From: a virus
Lineage: Duplodnaviria; Heunggongvirae; Uroviricota; Caudoviricetes
Strand: one strand, 5' to 3'
Length of the DNA: 14,761 nucleotides
IMG/VR virus record: IMGVR_UViG_2695420589_000006
Shown: positions 8,460 through 14,761 of the stretch, piece after piece
Layout of the letters: every line of letters starts with the position of its first letter
Numbering within the stretch: position 1 is the first letter of the stretch
Position numbers and translations under genes: made by a program
Notes under the pieces: model-generated
Database searches by the model: none
Told to the model about the DNA's origin: nothing
Seen by the model: only the letters and a program-made list of their open reading frames with translations

Positions 8460-9153
8460 CCGGGACTGCAATGTTTCCCGGACATCATCCGGTAGATGGC
8501 TGTAGGGGTTGCCATCCACCTTATGGCTGCCGCTGTAAATCAGCGTGATTTCCACGCCCTGTTTCTCCAGTGCAGCGCCGTAATTACTGTGAGCCATCAT
8601 GACGCCGATGGAGCCTGTCCGGGCGGTCTGCGTGACCAGACGCCGGGAGGCGGCACTGGCAAGCAGCTGACCTGCGCTGCAGTTCATGTCATTGGCCAGC
8701 GCCCATACCGGCTTTATGTCACGCACACGGGCGATGATGTCAGCGCAGTCAAATGCTCCCGCCACCATTCCGCCCGGTGTGTCCATATCGAGCAGAATGC
8801 CGTCCACCATCGGGTCGCTGGCAGCCTGTTGCAGACGGGCGATAATGCCGTTGTAACCGGTCATCCCCGAGTACGGCTGCAGCGCCCGCGTCCGGCTGAC
8901 CAGCGTGCCGGACACCGGCAGCACGGCGATGCCGTTCATTACCTGATAACTGCGGGCCTGTCGTGGTCCGTCATCATCACCGGATAACGCCAGCGCCGCG
9001 GGTGCCTCTCCGGCAGTCAGGCTGTCGCCGGATACTGCATCCGTCAGGCAGCTGATCCCAAGCTGGCCTGCAAGCGCACAAAAGAAAACCCGCGCATAGG
9101 CGGGTTCAAGCATCAGCGGCTCATTAAAAGCCATGCTGGCAATATGCGGGAGA

Positions 9154-9173
<20 letters not shown>
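7854..9173 (-). CDS. C: Head maturation protease / minor capsid protein C (439 aa), GTG start
   Basis: GTG at 9173..9171 begins (V)TAELRNLPHIASMAFNEPLMLEPAYARVFFCALAGQLG… (ClpP/SppA-like protease fold). 20-bp overlap with the end of B, as in lambda. The ORF-track start at 9308 is an upstream in-frame extension. Confidence 0.9.
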
Positions 9174-12925
<3,752 letters not shown>

Positions 12926-12951
<26 letters not shown>

Positions 12952-13471
12952 TCAGCAACCCCGGTATCAGTTCATCCAGCGCGGCTGCTTTGTTCATGGC
13001 TTTGATGATATCCCGTTTCAGGAAATCAACATGTCGGTTTTCCAGTTCCGGAAAACGCCGCTGCACCGACAGGGGGATCCCGTCGAGAATACTGGCAATT
13101 TCACCTGCGATCCGCGACAGCACGAAAGTACAGAATGCGGTTTCCACCACTTCAGCGGAGTCTCTGGCATTTTTCAGCTCCTGTGCGTCGGCCTGCGCAC
13201 GCGTAAGTCGATGGCGTTCGTACTCAATAGTCCCTGGCTGGAGATCTGTCTCGCTGGCCTGCCGCAGTTCTTCAACTTCCCGGCGCAGCTTTTCGTTCTC
13301 AATTTCAGCATCCCTTTCGGCATACCATCTTATAACGGCGGCAGAGTCATAAAGCACCTCATTACCCTTGCCACCGCCTCGCAGAACGGGCATTCCCTGT
13401 TCCTGCCAGTTCTGAATGGTACGGATACTCGCACCGAAAATGTCAGCCAGCTGCTTTTTGTTGACTTCCAT
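12926..13471 (-). CDS. Nu1: Terminase small subunit Nu1 (181 aa)
   Basis: ORF track 12926..13471, MEVNKKQLADIFGASIRTIQNWQEQGMPVLRGGGKGNEVLYDSAAVIRWYAERDAEIENEKLRREVEEL… with a winged-HTH N-terminus; it sits directly downstream of cosB. Confidence 0.95.
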
Positions 13472-13495
13472 TGTTCATTCCACGGACAAAAACAG

Positions 13496-13690
13496 AGAAA
13501 GGAAACGACAGAGGCCAAAAAGCCCGTTTTCAGCACCTGTCGTTTCCTTTCTTTTCAGGGGGTGTTTTAAATAAAAACATTAGGTTACGGCGAAGAAGAA
13601 CGGAAACGCCTTAAACCGGAAAATTGTCATAAATAGCGAAAACCCGCGCGCCTTCCGCCCCGTAACCTGTCGGATCGCCGGAAAGGACCC
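13496..13690 (-). other. cos: cos packaging site: cosB (R1 about 13496..13510, R2 about 13538..13552, R3 about 13597..13612), putative cosN 12-mer 13649..13660, cosQ-like segment about 13661..13690
   Basis: Minus strand reads …ACAGGTTACG GGGCGGAAGGCG CGCGGGTTTTCGCTATTTATGACAATTTTCCGGTTTAAGGCGTTTCCGTTCTTCTTCG…GAAAGGAAACGACAGG…CTGTCGTTTCCTTTCTCTG… and then the Nu1 ATG. The R-site motifs CGTTTCC(T/G)TTCT occur three times in the lambda arrangement. Confidence 0.8.
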
Positions 13691-13697
13691 GCAAAAT

Positions 13698-13710
13698 GAT
13701 AATAATTATC
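13698..13710. promoter_or_regulatory. 13-bp perfect palindrome GATAAT-A-ATTATC followed by a direct repeat of CATCTAC, in the AT-rich region between cos and the DUF3950 gene
   Basis: Read directly: gataataattatc at 13698..13710; CATCTAC at 13710..13716 and 13729..13735. It lies about 150 bp upstream of the DUF3950 ATG. Candidate operator or promoter element; no function demonstrated. Confidence 0.3.
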
Positions 13711-13859
13711 ATCTACATGTCACAACGTGCATCTACGCCATCAAACCACGTCAAATAATCAATTATGACGCAGGTATCGTATTAATTGATCTGCATCAAC
13801 TTAACGTAAAAACAACTTCAGACAATACAAATCAGCGACACTGAATACAGGGCAACCTC

Positions 13860-14093
13860 ATGTCAACGAAGAACAGAACCCGCAGAACAACAACCCGCAA
13901 CATCCGCTTTCCTAACCAAATGATTGAACAAATTAACATCGCTCTTGTTCAAAAAGGGTCCGGGAATTTCTCAGCCTGGGTCATTGAAGCCTGCCGCCGG
14001 AGACTGTGCTCAGAAAAAAGAGTTTCGCCTGAAGCAAACAAAGAAAAGAGTGACATTACTGAATTGCTCAGAAAACAGGTTAGACCAGATTGA
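13860..14093 (+). CDS. Small basic protein, DUF3950 / YlcI-YnfO-like, possibly ribbon-helix-helix (77 aa)
   Basis: ORF track 13860..14093, MSTKNRTRRTTTRNIRFPNQMIEQINIALVQKGSGNFSAWVIEACRRRL…; AGGG about 8 nt upstream of the ATG. Resembles the small prophage-encoded YlcI/YnfO proteins I recall next to packaging genes in E. coli cryptic prophages. It is on the strand opposite to the late genes. Confidence 0.7.
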   Translation: MSTKNRTRRTTTRNIRFPNQMIEQINIALVQKGSGNFSAWVIEACRRRLCSEKRVSPEANKEKSDITELLRKQVRPD

Positions 14094-14150
14094 AGCAATT
14101 TAGATAATCGTGCAGACTACGCCCCCTCATATCACATGGAAGGTACTACA

Positions 14151-14561
14151 ATGGCTCAGGTTGCCATTTTTAAACAAATATTCGATAAAGTGCGAAATAA
14201 TTTAAACTATCACTAGTTTTATTCTGAACTAAAACGTCACAATGTCTCACATTACATTTACTATTTAGCCACAGAGAATATTCATCTTGTTCTTGAAAAC
14301 GATAATACGGTTTTAATAAAAGGACAGGGTAAGGTTGTAAATGTAAGATTTTCAAAAAATAAATGCCTTATAGAAGCCACCTTAAAAGGATTCAAATCAG
14401 GAGAGTTATCATTTTACGAATACAGGAAAAATCTTGCTACAGCAGGGGTTTTCAGATGGATTACAAATATCCACGAAAACAAAAGGTATTACTATACCTT
14501 TGATAATTCATTACTCTTTACTGAGAACATACAGAACACTACACAAATATTTCCGCACTAA
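14151..14561 (+). pseudogene. DUF1398 / YbcV-like gene with a single in-frame amber (TAG) codon at 14214..14216 (codon 22 of 136)
   Basis: ATG at 14151 with GGAAGG upstream. Translation is [138 protein letters not shown], with TAA at 14559..14561. The same frame is homologous on both sides of the TAG. Absent from the ORF track because of the internal stop. Confidence 0.65.
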
Positions 14562-14606
14562 ATCATAACGTCCGGTTTCTTCCGTGCCAGAACCGGACTC
14601 GCTGGC

Positions 14607-14761
14607 ATGATGAAATATGTGTACCCGGTAACCCCGGTGTGCATCGTTTTTGATTATTCCCGCACACTCGCGCAGAAGGAGTTCCCCGTCGGGCTACGGT
14701 CTCTGTTAATACGGGAATACGGCGACGATTGGATTTGCCCCTATATTTCCAGACATCTGTT
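14607..14761 (+). CDS. Hypothetical protein, 5' partial ORF running off the window end
   Basis: ATGATG at 14607 then MMKYVYPVTPVCIVFDYSRTLAQKEFPVGLRSLLIREYGDDWICPYISRHL… with no stop before the window end. No convincing SD. Same strand as the accessory genes. Confidence 0.3.
   Translation, partial: MMKYVYPVTPVCIVFDYSRTLAQKEFPVGLRSLLIREYGDDWICPYISRHL

Noticed and set aside
8496-8987. 163-aa plus-strand ORF inside C/Nu3
   Set aside because: Antisense to protease/scaffold coding sequence; spurious.
13031-13570. 179-aa plus-strand ORF overlapping Nu1 and cosB
   Set aside because: Antisense to Nu1 and runs through the cosB R sites; spurious.
13780-13860. Sigma70 promoter for the DUF3950 gene
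   Set aside because: Several weak -35/-10-like hexamers (for example TTGATC at 13786..13791) but none with convincing spacing to a good -10; not called as a feature.
14170-14355. 61-aa minus-strand ORF in the accessory region
   Set aside because: Lies antisense within the better-supported YbcV-like reading frame, which has SD+ATG and homology along its full length.

Overview
This window is the late morphogenesis module of a lambda-type (lambdoid) phage or prophage, read in reverse orientation: every structural gene is on the minus strand. Running from high to low coordinates the order is cos, Nu1, A, W, B, C/Nu3, D, E, FI, FII, Z, U, V, G/G-T, H, M and a fragment of L. Gene order, protein lengths, 4-bp and 8-bp start/stop overlaps, the G-T slippery heptamer and the cosB/cosQ elements all match the canonical lambda layout, based on my recollection of lambda proteins rather than a database search. 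Beyond cos (13.7-14.8 kb) lies an AT-rich accessory locus on the plus strand, with a small DUF3950-like ORF, a DUF1398 (YbcV-like) gene interrupted by one in-frame TAG, and a partial ORF at the window edge. Four N-runs interrupt V, B and A. I found no CRISPR array, tRNA, IS element or recognisable defence/toxin system, and I do not see a clearly novel biological system here. The observations most worth a second look are an M-L junction that lacks the M stop and the 5' part of L, a cosN 12-mer that differs from the lambda one at 6 contiguous positions, the in-frame amber codon in the YbcV-like gene, and N-runs whose lengths do not preserve reading frame.
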